Assembly (NCBI GenBank): GCA_031370645.1
Contig: JANMQV010000006.1
Location: 1-64,000 of the forward strand
Reading direction: 5' to 3'
From: Candidatus Eiseniibacteriota bacterium
GTDB lineage: Bacteria; Eisenbacteria; RBG-16-71-46; SZUA-252
DNA length: 64,000 nucleotides
This document shows, in pieces, positions 45,282 to 54,938 of the stretch. Position numbers and translations under genes: made by a program. Within the stretch, counting starts at the first letter, position 1. Each line of letters opens with the position of its first letter. The notes beneath the pieces were generated by a model. It worked only from the letters and a program-made list of their open reading frames with translations, was not told the DNA's origin and did not search any database.

Positions 45282-48200
45282 CTAGACCGCGACTGCTTCC
45301 GCTTCGGGATCGGGATCCGCGAGGCGGACCGCGTCGGCGCCGAGCCTTGCCCGAAGCGCCTGGATCAGCTCCTCGCACGGATTCGCGAGCAGCGTCTTCG
45401 CGCGGATCACCGCCCGCGACCCGTCCGCGCCCCGCACCGTGAAGTATACCGGGCTCTCGCCGGGATGGCGCAGCAGGAGTGCGCGCACCGCGTCGAGCGG
45501 CTGTCCCGAACTCGACTCGTCGATCTCGAGATAGAGCGCACGCGCCTTCGCGGGATCGGGAACCGCCACGACCCGAGCCGCAAGAAGCACCATCTTCGGA
45601 TCGGCCTCGTCGCGGAGATTGACGCGTCCCTTCACTTCCAGCACCGCACCCGGCACGATGACCGAGCGCGACTTCTCCCAGAGGTCGTTGAAGCAGGTCG
45701 CTTCCACCGTACCTTCTAGATCTTCGATCGTGATGAATGCCATGGCCCGCTTGTTCCGGTCCATGTGCGTCTTCACTGAGGCGACGATTCCGAGGAGCGG
45801 CACCTCGTCGCCCTCCTTCCGTTCGCGAAGGCCGAGCGTCGTCGAGCCGCCGCGAGCCTCGAGCATGGCGAGAAGCGGGCGATAGGCGGCGAGCGGGTGA
45901 TCGGAGAAATAGAAGCCGAGCACTTCTTTCTCCCGGCGAAGCCGCTCCTCGAGCCCCCAGGGCGCCGTGTTCGGGAGGGGCGGGTCCTGCATGACCGCCA
46001 CTTCGCCCGCGCCGAAGAGACTCTCCTGGGCCAGGTCGACGCCGCGCGCCTGCCCCTGCGCGCGCGAGAGGAGTTCCCCCACCGCTTCCAGAAGCTGCGA
46101 CCGGTCGCCACCGAGGCGGTCGGACGCCCCCGCCTGTATGAGCGATTCGAGAACGCGGCGATTGATGGCGCTCAGGTCGACGCGCCGGATGAGGTCGCCG
46201 AGCGACTGGAAGGGGCCGCCCTCCTCTCGGGCCCGGACGATCGCTTCGACCGATCCCTGCCCCACGTTCTTCACGGCCGCGAGGCCGAAACGGATGCCGT
46301 CCCCTTCGAGCGCGAACTCCGTGCGGCTCGCGTTCACATCGGGCGGATGAACCGTGATGCCGAGGCGCCTCGCTTCGTCCACGAGCGTCACGATCCGGTC
46401 GGTGTTCCCGATTTCGCTCGTGAGCGACGCGGCCAGGTAGGCGGCCGGATGGTGCGTCTTCAGCCACGCCGCCTGATACGAGAGCGCGGCGTACGCGGTC
46501 GAGTGCGCCCGCACGAAGCCGTAGCCGGCGAACTTCTCCATGAGGTCGAAAATCTCGCCCGCCTTCTTCGCCGGACAGTTGTTCTTCTCCGCGCCCTCGA
46601 CGAAGGACGACTTCATGCGGGTCATCTCCTCCGGCATCTTCTTTCCCATGGCCCGCCGAAGGAGATCTGCTTGCGCGAGGGAGAAGCCGGCGAGCCGGTT
46701 GGCCACCTGCATGACCTGGTCCTGGTAGACGATGACGCCGTACGTCGGCTTGAGGATCGCCTCGAGCGTCGGATGGGGATAGACGACCTTCGCCCGTCCG
46801 TGCTTCCGCTTCACGAAGTCGTCGATCATTCCCGACTGGATCGGCCCCGGGCGGAAGAGCGCGTTGATGGCGATGATGTCTTCGAACGTGTCGGGGGCGA
46901 CCTTCCGGAGCAGATCCCGCATGCCGGACGATTCCAATTGGAAGATGCCGATCGTCTGCGCGCTCTGGAAGAGTTTGTAGGTCGGTTCGTCGTCGAGCGG
47001 CAAGGCGGCCAGCTCGACTCGCGTTCCGGTCGACTCCTCGACCATGCGCGTGGCGTCCTCGAGCACCGTCAGCGTGCGAAGCCCGAGGAAGTCCATCTTG
47101 AGGAGCCCCACCTTCTCCACCGATTTCATGTCGAACTGGGTCGTCACATCCCCCTTCGACGATTTGAAGATCGGGACGAAATCGGAGAGAGCCCCCGGCG
47201 CGATGACGACCCCCGCCGCGTGCGTGGAAGCGTGCCGCGCCAAGCCTTCGAGCGCGAGCGACGCACGGATCAACTTGGCGTAGCGCTCATCCTGCTTCTG
47301 GAGCGCCTTCAGCTCGGGAACGATCTCGAGCGCCTTCGGGAGCGTCATCCCCAGATCGCCCGGGACCATCTTCGCCACCTTGTCGACCTCGGCGTAGGAG
47401 AGCCCGATGGCGCGACCGACGTCTCGGACCACGGCGCGCGCGGCCATCGTTCCGAACGTGATGATCTGGCTCACCGAATCGCGGCCGTACCGCTGGATGA
47501 CGTAGTTGATCACCTTCTCGCGATGTTCGTACGCGAAGTCGATATCGATATCGGGCATCGTCACGCGCTCGGGATTCAAGAAGCGCTCGAAGAGGAGGTT
47601 GAAGCGGAGCGGATCGACGTCGGTGATTCCGAGCGAGTAGGAGACGAGGCTTCCGGCGGCCGAACCGCGGCCGGGCCCGACGCCGATGCCGTTTCGCCGC
47701 GCGTAGTCCGTGAAATCGCGGACGATGAGGAAGTAGCGCGCGTAGCCGACCTGGCAGATCGTCTTCAGTTCGTATTCGAGCCGCTCCTCGATCTCGGGCG
47801 TGACGGCGGGGAAGCGCCGCTTCACGCCCTCCCACGCGAGGTGGCGGAGGTAGAGGTCCTCGTGCTCGAACTCGGGCGGAAGCGGGAACGCCGGCAGATC
47901 GACGCGCTCGCCCTCCAGCTTGAAGTCGCAGCGCTCGGCGGCGACGACGGTGTTCCTCAGGACGTCGGGGACACCATCGAAGAGCGCCGCCATCTCCTCT
48001 GGCGATTTCACGTAGACCTGGTCGGTCGCGAATTTGAACCGGTCGGCGTCGAGGAGTGTTTTCCCGGTCTGGATGCAGAGAAGGATCTCGTGCGCCTCGG
48101 AGTCCTCGCGCGCCAGGTAGTGGCAGTCGTTCGTCGCGAGGACCGGAATGCCCATTTCGCGGCCGAGCTCCAAGAGCCCCTTCGCCACGACCTGTTCCTC

Positions 48201-48752
48201 GGGAATCCCGTGGTCCTGCACTTCCAGGAAGTAGTTCTCCGCGCCGTAGAGGTCGCGGTACCAGGCGGCCGACTTCTTCGCCGCCGCCAACTCTCCCTCC
48301 ACAATGCGCTGCGGGACCTCGCCGCGGAGGCAGGCGCTCAGACAGAGGAGACCGCCCGCGTGCGCCGCGAGCGTTTCCTTGTCGACGCGGGGCTTGTAGT
48401 GGAAACCCTCCAGGTATCCGATGGAGGATATCTTCATCAGATTGCGGTACCCCTCCCGGTTTCGCGCCAGGAGGACGAGATGGTCGTACGCGCCCTTGCC
48501 GTCGGCCGTGCGCGTCTTCTCCCCGCGCGCGCCGTGCGAGACATAGACCTCGCAGCCGATGATCGGCTTGATGCCGGCGGCCTTCGAGGCTTGGTAGAAC
48601 TCGACCGCGCCGAACATGTTGCCGTGATCGGTGATGGCGAGCGCGGGCATGCCGAAGCCCTTCGCGCGCGCGACGAGGCGATCGATTCGGCAAGCGCCGT
48701 CGAGCAGCGAATAGTCGCTATGGTTGTGCAGGTGAATGAAGTCGACGCTCAT
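45282..48752 (-). CDS. dnaE: DNA polymerase III alpha subunit (DnaE1 type)
   Basis: PHP HLHNHSDYSLLDG, GRGSAAGS, MPDIDID, KMDFLGL, YQDQVM, FAGYGF, clamp motif QESLF, OB fold; no intein-sized insertion. Confidence 0.98.
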   Translation of the reverse strand: MSVDFIHLHNHSDYSLLDGACRIDRLVARAKGFGMPALAITDHGNMFGAVEFYQASKAAGIKPIIGCEVYVSHGARGEKTRTADGKGAYDHLVLLARNREGYRNLMKISSIGYLEGFHYKPRVDKETLAAHAGGLLCLSACLRGEVPQRIVEGELAAAKKSAAWYRDLYGAENYFLEVQDHGIPEEQVVAKGLLELGREMGIPVLATNDCHYLAREDSEAHEILLCIQTGKTLLDADRFKFATDQVYVKSPEEMAALFDGVPDVLRNTVVAAERCDFKLEGERVDLPAFPLPPEFEHEDLYLRHLAWEGVKRRFPAVTPEIEERLEYELKTICQVGYARYFLIVRDFTDYARRNGIGVGPGRGSAAGSLVSYSLGITDVDPLRFNLLFERFLNPERVTMPDIDIDFAYEHREKVINYVIQRYGRDSVSQIITFGTMAARAVVRDVGRAIGLSYAEVDKVAKMVPGDLGMTLPKALEIVPELKALQKQDERYAKLIRASLALEGLARHASTHAAGVVIAPGALSDFVPIFKSSKGDVTTQFDMKSVEKVGLLKMDFLGLRTLTVLEDATRMVEESTGTRVELAALPLDDEPTYKLFQSAQTIGIFQLESSGMRDLLRKVAPDTFEDIIAINALFRPGPIQSGMIDDFVKRKHGRAKVVYPHPTLEAILKPTYGVIVYQDQVMQVANRLAGFSLAQADLLRRAMGKKMPEEMTRMKSSFVEGAEKNNCPAKKAGEIFDLMEKFAGYGFVRAHSTAYAALSYQAAWLKTHHPAAYLAASLTSEIGNTDRIVTLVDEARRLGITVHPPDVNASRTEFALEGDGIRFGLAAVKNVGQGSVEAIVRAREEGGPFQSLGDLIRRVDLSAINRRVLESLIQAGASDRLGGDRSQLLEAVGELLSRAQGQARGVDLAQESLFGAGEVAVMQDPPLPNTAPWGLEERLRREKEVLGFYFSDHPLAAYRPLLAMLEARGGSTTLGLRERKEGDEVPLLGIVASVKTHMDRNKRAMAFITIEDLEGTVEATCFNDLWEKSRSVIVPGAVLEVKGRVNLRDEADPKMVLLAARVVAVPDPAKARALYLEIDESSSGQPLDAVRALLLRHPGESPVYFTVRGADGSRAVIRAKTLLANPCEELIQALRARLGADAVRLADPDPEAEAVAV

Positions 48753-48871
48753 GGTCGTGGAGCGCCCGGCCCGGTCGGGGCGGGCACCGGTCTGCAGTCT
48801 ACTCGATCGGCGGTCGGACGCGGCCGCATTTTCCCGCCCCTCCGATTCGAGTGATGTGGTAGAAACGCGAG

Positions 48872-49471
48872 ATGAACACGACCGTATCGTTGATCGGCGC
48901 CGCCGCGCTCGGCGCTCCCACCGCGGATGACCGGAAGCGCCTTTTCGACATCCTCTTGGAGCGCTCGCTCCGATTCGGCGACTTCACGCTCTCGTCGGGC
49001 GCGAAGAGCAAATACTACATCGACGTCCGCCAGACGAGCCTCCACCCGGAGGGCTCCCTTCTCATCGCCAAGTTCCTCTATCCGCTGATGAAAGAAGCGG
49101 GAGTCGAGGGAGTCGGCGGCCTGACGCTCGGCGCGGACCCGATCGCGGGCGCCGTCGCGCTCTGGAGCCAGTTGCAGGGAACGCCGATGTCGGGATTCAT
49201 CGTCCGGAAGGAAGCGAAGTCGCACGGCGCCGCGCGTCAAGTGGAGGGGCCGTTTCACTCGGGCATGAAAGTCGCCGTCGTGGACGACGTCATCACGAAG
49301 GGCGGCTCGGCGCTCCTCGCCTTCGAGGCGGTGCGGGCCGCGGGAGCCGACGTGAGGTTGGTGGCGTGCGTGGTCGACCGCGGCGAAGGAGGTCCGGAGG
49401 AATTCGGGTCGCGCGGCGTGCCGTTCCACTCCGTCTTCCATATTCAGGAATTTCTCGAAGGGCGCGTCTAG
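48872..49471 (+). CDS. pyrE: Orotate phosphoribosyltransferase
   Basis: FTLSSGAKSKYYID, GGLTLGADP, VRKEAKSHG, PRPP loop VVDDVITKGGS. Confidence 0.95.
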   Translation: MNTTVSLIGAAALGAPTADDRKRLFDILLERSLRFGDFTLSSGAKSKYYIDVRQTSLHPEGSLLIAKFLYPLMKEAGVEGVGGLTLGADPIAGAVALWSQLQGTPMSGFIVRKEAKSHGAARQVEGPFHSGMKVAVVDDVITKGGSALLAFEAVRAAGADVRLVACVVDRGEGGPEEFGSRGVPFHSVFHIQEFLEGRV

Positions 49472-49511
49472 CACCCGCCACGTTCGAAGCTCCACGCTTC
49501 GATCAGCGCTT

Positions 49512-52007
49512 CTAGAGGTTCGTGCCTTCTTCTCCCGGCGCGGGCTCTTGCGGCGTCTCATCCTGCGGCGGCTCCGGCCCCTCCCCGACCGGTGGCGCTC
49601 CTTCCTGAGCATCCTCGCCCCACATCCCGGCGCCCGTGCTGTCCATCCAGGCCGGCGGGTGGAAGACGCCACAGACTTGGCGCGGCTCCGTCTTCGGCAC
49701 GAAGGCGGCGCGCATGACGCGCGGACATTCGGCGCCCGCGCGATACCCCGTTTCCGCGTCGATCCAGACCTCCACCACGCCGGGCGGCGCTTCGAAGTCG
49801 GCCACCGGCTTCCCTCGATGCGCCACCTCCATGAAGCGCGCCCAAATCGGAACGGCGGCCTGCGTCCCGGTGAGCCCGAGCCGTCTCCCCTTGTCGCATC
49901 CGACCCAAACGCCGCAGGCGAGCTGCGGCGTGTAGCCGATGAACCAGGCGTCGTTCTCGTCGCTCGTGGTCCCCGTCTTCCCCGCCGCCGGGCGGACGAA
50001 CCCGAACTGGCTCCGAATGCCCGCCGCCGTGCCGTAGATGACGGGTCCTTGCAGGAGCACCGTTCCCATGTAGGCCGTCTCGGGGCGGATCACGCGCTTC
50101 TGCTCGCGCTTCGGCGACCATCGCACGTTTCCGCCGCGATCGAGGACCGCCCGAACGGAGATCGGCTTCGCCATCGTCCCCCCGTTCGCGAGCGCGGCGT
50201 ACGCACGCGTCATTTCCAAAACTGAAACTTCGCATGCCCCGAGCGCAAGCGAGGGAACGTTTCGGAGCCTGCTCTCCACCCCGAGCGTCTTCGCCATCTG
50301 GATCACCTTCGGAATGCCGACCTCGAGTTCCAGGTGAACGGTGGCCACGTTGAGCGAGCGCGCCAGGGCGCGGGCCGCCGTCACGCGCCCCTCGTAGACG
50401 TCCTCGAAATTTCGCGGCGCCCACGGACCGATGTCGGTCACGAACGTGTCGGGGAGATCCTCGAGCAGCGTGGCCGCGGTCAGGGGAGGACGCCTGCCTT
50501 GGAACGGCGTGTCGAGCGCGGCGAGATAGACGAACGGCTTGAACGCGGAACCGGGCTGGCGGCGGGAATCGACCGCACGATTGTAGGAGCTCTCGGCATA
50601 GTTTCGTCCGCCGACCATCGCCCGCACGTACCCGGTGGACGGTTCCATGGCGAAGAGCGACGCCTGAGCCGGATTTCGCTCCGACCCTCCTAGCGGCGAG
50701 CGCCAATCCGCCTCGCGCGCCCCGTCTCGAACGAGGCGCTCCGCGGCGGCCTGCATGCGCGAGTCGAGCGTCGTGAAAATGGCGAAGCCACGCGCGTTCA
50801 GGTCGGCCTCCGCAATGTCCCGCGAGAGCGCTTCCCGGACGTAGTCGATGAAGTAGGGGGCCTTCGTCGTGGGAGGCGGGTTCGGAGCGAAGCGCATCGG
50901 CTGGCGCCGGAACTTGTTCGCCTCGTCCTTTCCGAGCCAGCCGCACTCGACCATGTTCGTCAGGACTTCGTTCCGGCGCTCGATCGCCGCCTCGGGATCG
51001 CGATAGGGCGAGAGGCGATTCGGCGCGGGGATGATGCCGGCCAGGAGCGCCCCTTCCGGCACGGTCAGTTCGCGCGCGTGCTTGTTGAAGTAGAAGAGCG
51101 CCGCTTCCTCCACACCGCAGAGACTCCAGGAGCCCCGCTGCCCGAGATAGATCTGGTTCAAATAGAACTCGAGGATCTCCTCCTTGGAATAGCGAAGCTC
51201 CAGCATCACGGCAAGGAGCGCTTCGTGGAACTTGCGGAAGATGTTCCGCTCCCGGGAGAGAAAGAGATTCTTCGCGAGCTGCTGAGAGAGCGTGCTCCCG
51301 CCTTCCACGACGCCGCCGGCGCGAACGTTTCGAACCGTCGCGCGGCCGAGGCCGAGGAGATCGATCCCCCAATGCCGGAAGAAGCGCCGGTCTTCGCTCG
51401 CCACGACGGCTTGCACGACGTGGCGCGGAATCTCGTTCAACGGGACGAAGGAGCGTCGTTCCCGCTCCGTGTCCGAGAATTCGGCTAGGAGTTCCGGCTC
51501 GACGCGCAAGATGCCGCGCGGGTGCGGCTCGTCGAAACCCTCCGTCAGCGTCGTCAGCGCGCCGTTCACGAGCGTGGCGGAGACTTCCCCGCCCCGCTCG
51601 ACCGTCTCGGGAAAGGTGAATGCCCGAAGTCGGATCTCGTAAGTCTCGCCTCGCACGCGGTAGTCCCCCGGCGCGGCGGGCTTCTTCCAGACTCGTCGGT
51701 AGCGCGCGCGGTCCAACGCGTCGCGGAGATCGTCCTCCGCGAGCCGGTCCCCGATCTTCCATTCGCGCCAATCGGCATAGACGCGGGTCGGGAATTTCCA
51801 ACCCTTCCCAGCGTAGCGATCGGAGCCGATGGCGGAGAGACGAAACCAGTCGTAGCCAAGAAATCCAACGACCAGGAGGAGAAGGAAGAGAAACCACCGG
51901 GCGCGTCCCGCGGGAAGCCACGACGGTCTCCAGGTCCAACGCGGAGGAGACGGAGTGCGGTCGCGTCGCGACGTACCGCCGGAAGGGGGCGAGGTCGAGG
52001 GGGTCAC
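49512..52007 (-). CDS. mrcB: Class A penicillin-binding protein (PBP1B-like, with UB2H-like region)
   Basis: TM anchor; transglycosylase SEDRRFF...GGSTLSQQLAKN; transpeptidase GSAFKP, SLN, GKTGT. Confidence 0.88.
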   Translation of the reverse strand: MTPSTSPPSGGTSRRDRTPSPPRWTWRPSWLPAGRARWFLFLLLLVVGFLGYDWFRLSAIGSDRYAGKGWKFPTRVYADWREWKIGDRLAEDDLRDALDRARYRRVWKKPAAPGDYRVRGETYEIRLRAFTFPETVERGGEVSATLVNGALTTLTEGFDEPHPRGILRVEPELLAEFSDTERERRSFVPLNEIPRHVVQAVVASEDRRFFRHWGIDLLGLGRATVRNVRAGGVVEGGSTLSQQLAKNLFLSRERNIFRKFHEALLAVMLELRYSKEEILEFYLNQIYLGQRGSWSLCGVEEAALFYFNKHARELTVPEGALLAGIIPAPNRLSPYRDPEAAIERRNEVLTNMVECGWLGKDEANKFRRQPMRFAPNPPPTTKAPYFIDYVREALSRDIAEADLNARGFAIFTTLDSRMQAAAERLVRDGAREADWRSPLGGSERNPAQASLFAMEPSTGYVRAMVGGRNYAESSYNRAVDSRRQPGSAFKPFVYLAALDTPFQGRRPPLTAATLLEDLPDTFVTDIGPWAPRNFEDVYEGRVTAARALARSLNVATVHLELEVGIPKVIQMAKTLGVESRLRNVPSLALGACEVSVLEMTRAYAALANGGTMAKPISVRAVLDRGGNVRWSPKREQKRVIRPETAYMGTVLLQGPVIYGTAAGIRSQFGFVRPAAGKTGTTSDENDAWFIGYTPQLACGVWVGCDKGRRLGLTGTQAAVPIWARFMEVAHRGKPVADFEAPPGVVEVWIDAETGYRAGAECPRVMRAAFVPKTEPRQVCGVFHPPAWMDSTGAGMWGEDAQEGAPPVGEGPEPPQDETPQEPAPGEEGTNL

Positions 52008-52013
52008 AAGAGG

Positions 52014-52042
52014 AGCCTACGGAGGCGGCGTCGGCGCGTCAA
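52014..52042 (-). promoter_or_regulatory. Sigma-70-type promoter, likely leaderless mrcB transcript
   Basis: TTGACG-N17-TAGGCT, then 6 nt to the GTG at 52007. Confidence 0.7.
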
Positions 52043-52073
52043 CGCCGCGCGTCGCGAATCCCGAAGAGATGGG

Positions 52074-53675
52074 TCAGCGGCGCTCGGCGAGCGCGTCTTC
52101 GAGTTCGCGAAGTCGCGCGGCGCTCCGCGCGTCGGCTCCGCCGGCGGGAGCGTTCAGCAGAAAGTCTCGATAAGCGGCGAGCGTCTCGCGCTGTTCGGCG
52201 TCGCGGCCGCTCAGCCCCTGAATCTCCCAGAGGCAGTCGGCTAGCTCGCGTTTGGCGCGGGACCGGTCGGGGCCGACAACGGTGCGGAGCAGATTCTTCC
52301 AAGCGACCTTGAGCTGGCGCAATGTGACCAGATCGTGATCCTTCGCCGCCTGCACCGTCGCGGCGTGAATTCGATCGATCGGACGAAGCTCCGCGGGCGG
52401 CGCATCGGGCGAGGGTGGGTTCACGCGCTCCGGCGTGCTCGCCGCGGGAGGAGTGGAGACGGAAGATTCCGGAGTCGAAGTGTTGGGGGTCCGCTTTGCC
52501 GGAACGGCCGCTTTCGGCGCGACCGGCGTCGCGCGGATCGGATCATCGGTCGGCCACATATCGTCGTCGTCCCGCTTCACGCGCGGAGCCGGCGTCACGG
52601 GTGCCGTGGCGGTCGACTTCTCCGCGACGAAGGGATCCTTCGTCGTCACGGTACCGGCAACCGACTTGACGTCGGTGCCTCCGGTCGACTTCGCGCCACT
52701 CTTCGTCGTCGCCGTCGCGGGCGAGGGAGTCGGCTTCGTGACGGACGGCTTCACCGCGATCCTCGTCGTCGGGACGGAAGGCGATGCCCGCGGAGGCGTG
52801 AGGCTCGACTTGACCGGGTTTGTCACCGACGTCGGGGGCGTCGACGACGACGCGACCGAGGGACGATCCGTATTCGACCCTGTCGCTTCACCGGCCGGAC
52901 CGGGCACCGATTCGGGGGCGGCACCGTTCCCCGGCCCGCTCGAACCGTCGGCGCCGGGCGCCGAATGAGTCACCGTGAGGGAGCCGGCTTCGAACGGACG
53001 CACGCGCGTGGAAATCTCGCGAGGGGGCGCGGCGTGCGGCGCCAACACCATCCAGACGGCGACGCCAAGCAATCCGACGCCGACGACGGCGCCACCACCC
53101 CAAAGCATCGCGCGAAACGCGGCGCTCTTCTTGTTCGGATCGTCGAGCCGCCGGTTCAGAACTTGCTCCGCGAAGAGGAGACTTTCTTCCGGAGGCGTCG
53201 CCTCCCGCGCCGCATCGGCCGGTTCGAAATCCCAGCCTTCCGGGACCGCGGTCGGCTTCGTCATGGTAGGAGCGGCGCCGACCGGCTCGGCCGGGACGGC
53301 GAACGCAGGCTCGGGCTCGGCGGCAGGCCCGGAAAGTTCGTCGTTCGAGAAGAGCGGCGGCGGCGCCGAATTCGACGCGCTCCTCGCCGACTCCTCGGCC
53401 GCCACACTCTTAACGATTCCTCCGCGGTCATCGCCGAAAATCTTCTCCACCGTCCAGTCGGAGGTCGGAGGCGCGAGCGGCGCGACTTGGAGAACCGGCT
53501 CGGGCATCGGTTCGGCGAGTGGTGGCGGGGGCGCACCGGGCCCCTGCAAGAGTTCCAGTTCGAGCGTGCACTCCTCGCACGACTCGAGATGACGACGAAG
53601 CTCCGCCTCGTCCTCGGTGGCAAGACGCCCCGAGGCCAGCGCGGGCAGTTGTTGTTTCGCTTCGCTGCAGTCCAT
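52074..53675 (-). CDS. zf-HC2 (anti-sigma-type zinc finger) bitopic membrane protein
   Basis: MDC...HLESCEEC (HxxxCxxC), acidic Pro-rich linker, one TM (LWGGGAVVGVGLLGVAVWMVL), long Pro/Thr/Ser linker, helical C-terminal domain. Confidence 0.75.
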   Translation of the reverse strand: MDCSEAKQQLPALASGRLATEDEAELRRHLESCEECTLELELLQGPGAPPPPLAEPMPEPVLQVAPLAPPTSDWTVEKIFGDDRGGIVKSVAAEESARSASNSAPPPLFSNDELSGPAAEPEPAFAVPAEPVGAAPTMTKPTAVPEGWDFEPADAAREATPPEESLLFAEQVLNRRLDDPNKKSAAFRAMLWGGGAVVGVGLLGVAVWMVLAPHAAPPREISTRVRPFEAGSLTVTHSAPGADGSSGPGNGAAPESVPGPAGEATGSNTDRPSVASSSTPPTSVTNPVKSSLTPPRASPSVPTTRIAVKPSVTKPTPSPATATTKSGAKSTGGTDVKSVAGTVTTKDPFVAEKSTATAPVTPAPRVKRDDDDMWPTDDPIRATPVAPKAAVPAKRTPNTSTPESSVSTPPAASTPERVNPPSPDAPPAELRPIDRIHAATVQAAKDHDLVTLRQLKVAWKNLLRTVVGPDRSRAKRELADCLWEIQGLSGRDAEQRETLAAYRDFLLNAPAGGADARSAARLRELEDALAERR

Positions 53676-53748
53676 GGAACTCGGTCTCCGGCGCTGATGC
53701 CGGGCGGCACGGGTGGGCCCGTGTTCGCGATCCGCCGGCTGGTACTCC

Positions 53749-54453
53749 TTATCGGCCGGGGGCGGCAGGTTCTTGAGAGGCGGCAGTCCGGGGCCGGGCG
53801 GCCCTAATCCAGAGGTATTCCGGCACCTCCGGACCCGGGAGCGGCACCCGGCGCGGGGTGACGCGGAGTCGGAGGGTAACGAGGCGATCGATCACGATCG
53901 GATCGCCGAATTGGTAGGCGAATTCGTCCGGTGGCATCGGGTCTGGGCGCTCTTCGGTCGTCCGAACGAGCGCCAAGTCGTATGTCAAGCCGGAGAGATC
54001 GATGACCTCACAATATTCCTGAAGCACATCTCGCAAGCGATTGGCGGTGTAGGGGTTGACGTGGTGTTGATTGAGCCGATTTTCGTAGCGATTGAAGTCG
54101 TCATTCGGAGTCTTGAGGAGGAAGAGTCCGCCCGGCTTGAGGGCTCGAAAGGCGGCGCGGATGAAGGCGTCGCCATCGGAGAGGTGCTCGATGACCTCGC
54201 TCGAAAAGACGACGTCCGCCGTCCCGTCGGGGATCGGGAAGGGTTGCGAGGCGTCGTGGACGTGAAACTCCAGATTCGGCCGGGCGTGCCGAGCGCGGGC
54301 CGCCGCGATTCCTTCCGGCGAGAGATCGAACGCCACGACTCGCGACGCATGCCGCGCGAAGAGCGCCGCTCCGGCTCCTTCGTTCGTTCCCGCGTCGACC
54401 ACGACCTTCCCCGCGACGTCGGGAAGCGCCAGGTGATAGGCGGCCAAGTTCAC
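53749..54453 (-). CDS. Class I SAM-dependent methyltransferase
   Basis: VVDAGTNEG, AFDLS, VFSSEVIEHL, LKPGG, TPN. Probably extends upstream to CTG 54672 (see findings). Confidence 0.85.
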   Translation of the reverse strand: MNLAAYHLALPDVAGKVVVDAGTNEGAGAALFARHASRVVAFDLSPEGIAAARARHARPNLEFHVHDASQPFPIPDGTADVVFSSEVIEHLSDGDAFIRAAFRALKPGGLFLLKTPNDDFNRYENRLNQHHVNPYTANRLRDVLQEYCEVIDLSGLTYDLALVRTTEERPDPMPPDEFAYQFGDPIVIDRLVTLRLRVTPRRVPLPGPEVPEYLWIRAARPRTAASQEPAAPGR

Positions 54454-54712
54454 CCGGACGAATCCCGACGGCTGCTCCCCCAGGACGAAGCGCTCGCACG
54501 CGACTCCGGAGGGGACGCCGCCGAAATCCTCGTAGGGTTTGATCCGAATATAGGTCGATCCGAGCGAACCGAGGACGAGGCCGAGGTTTTCGCGCGATCG
54601 CCGCCAGAGACGGCGGGCGTACGCCAGATCCCGGTAGCGGACGAGCGCGATCAGAAATCGTAGCAGTCTCAGGGCCTGGCTCCGGGGAGAGGCGACGAAC
54701 GCGGGGCGCGGC

Positions 54713-54910
54713 CTAGTCGGGCAGGATGGCCCCTTCGATCGGACAGGCCTCGAGGCACGCGTTGCAGGATACGCAATCCTCCGCGACGATGAAAAACCAC
54801 GTCATCCCTTTCCCGTTTTGGCCGTCGGCCTTCTTGATGCAATCCACGGGACAAACATCGACGCAGGACGACTCTCCTTCGCAGATGTCTTTGACGATCT
54901 CGTACGCCAT
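54713..54910 (-). CDS. Small dicluster ferredoxin, probably [3Fe-4S][4Fe-4S]
   Basis: CEGESSCVDVCP (second Cys missing) and CVSCNACLEACP; GGAGG RBS. Confidence 0.88.
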   Translation of the reverse strand: MAYEIVKDICEGESSCVDVCPVDCIKKADGQNGKGMTWFFIVAEDCVSCNACLEACPIEGAILPD

Positions 54911-54938
54911 TCGTTCCTCCGCGACCGCTTCCGGTCCG

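Noticed and set aside
45282-48752. Possible intein or split in dnaE
   Set aside because: Normal length and continuous motifs.
49484-49502. TCGAAGC-TCCAC-GCTTCGA hairpin between convergent pyrE and mrcB
   Set aside because: Short stem with no U-tract; too weak to call a terminator.
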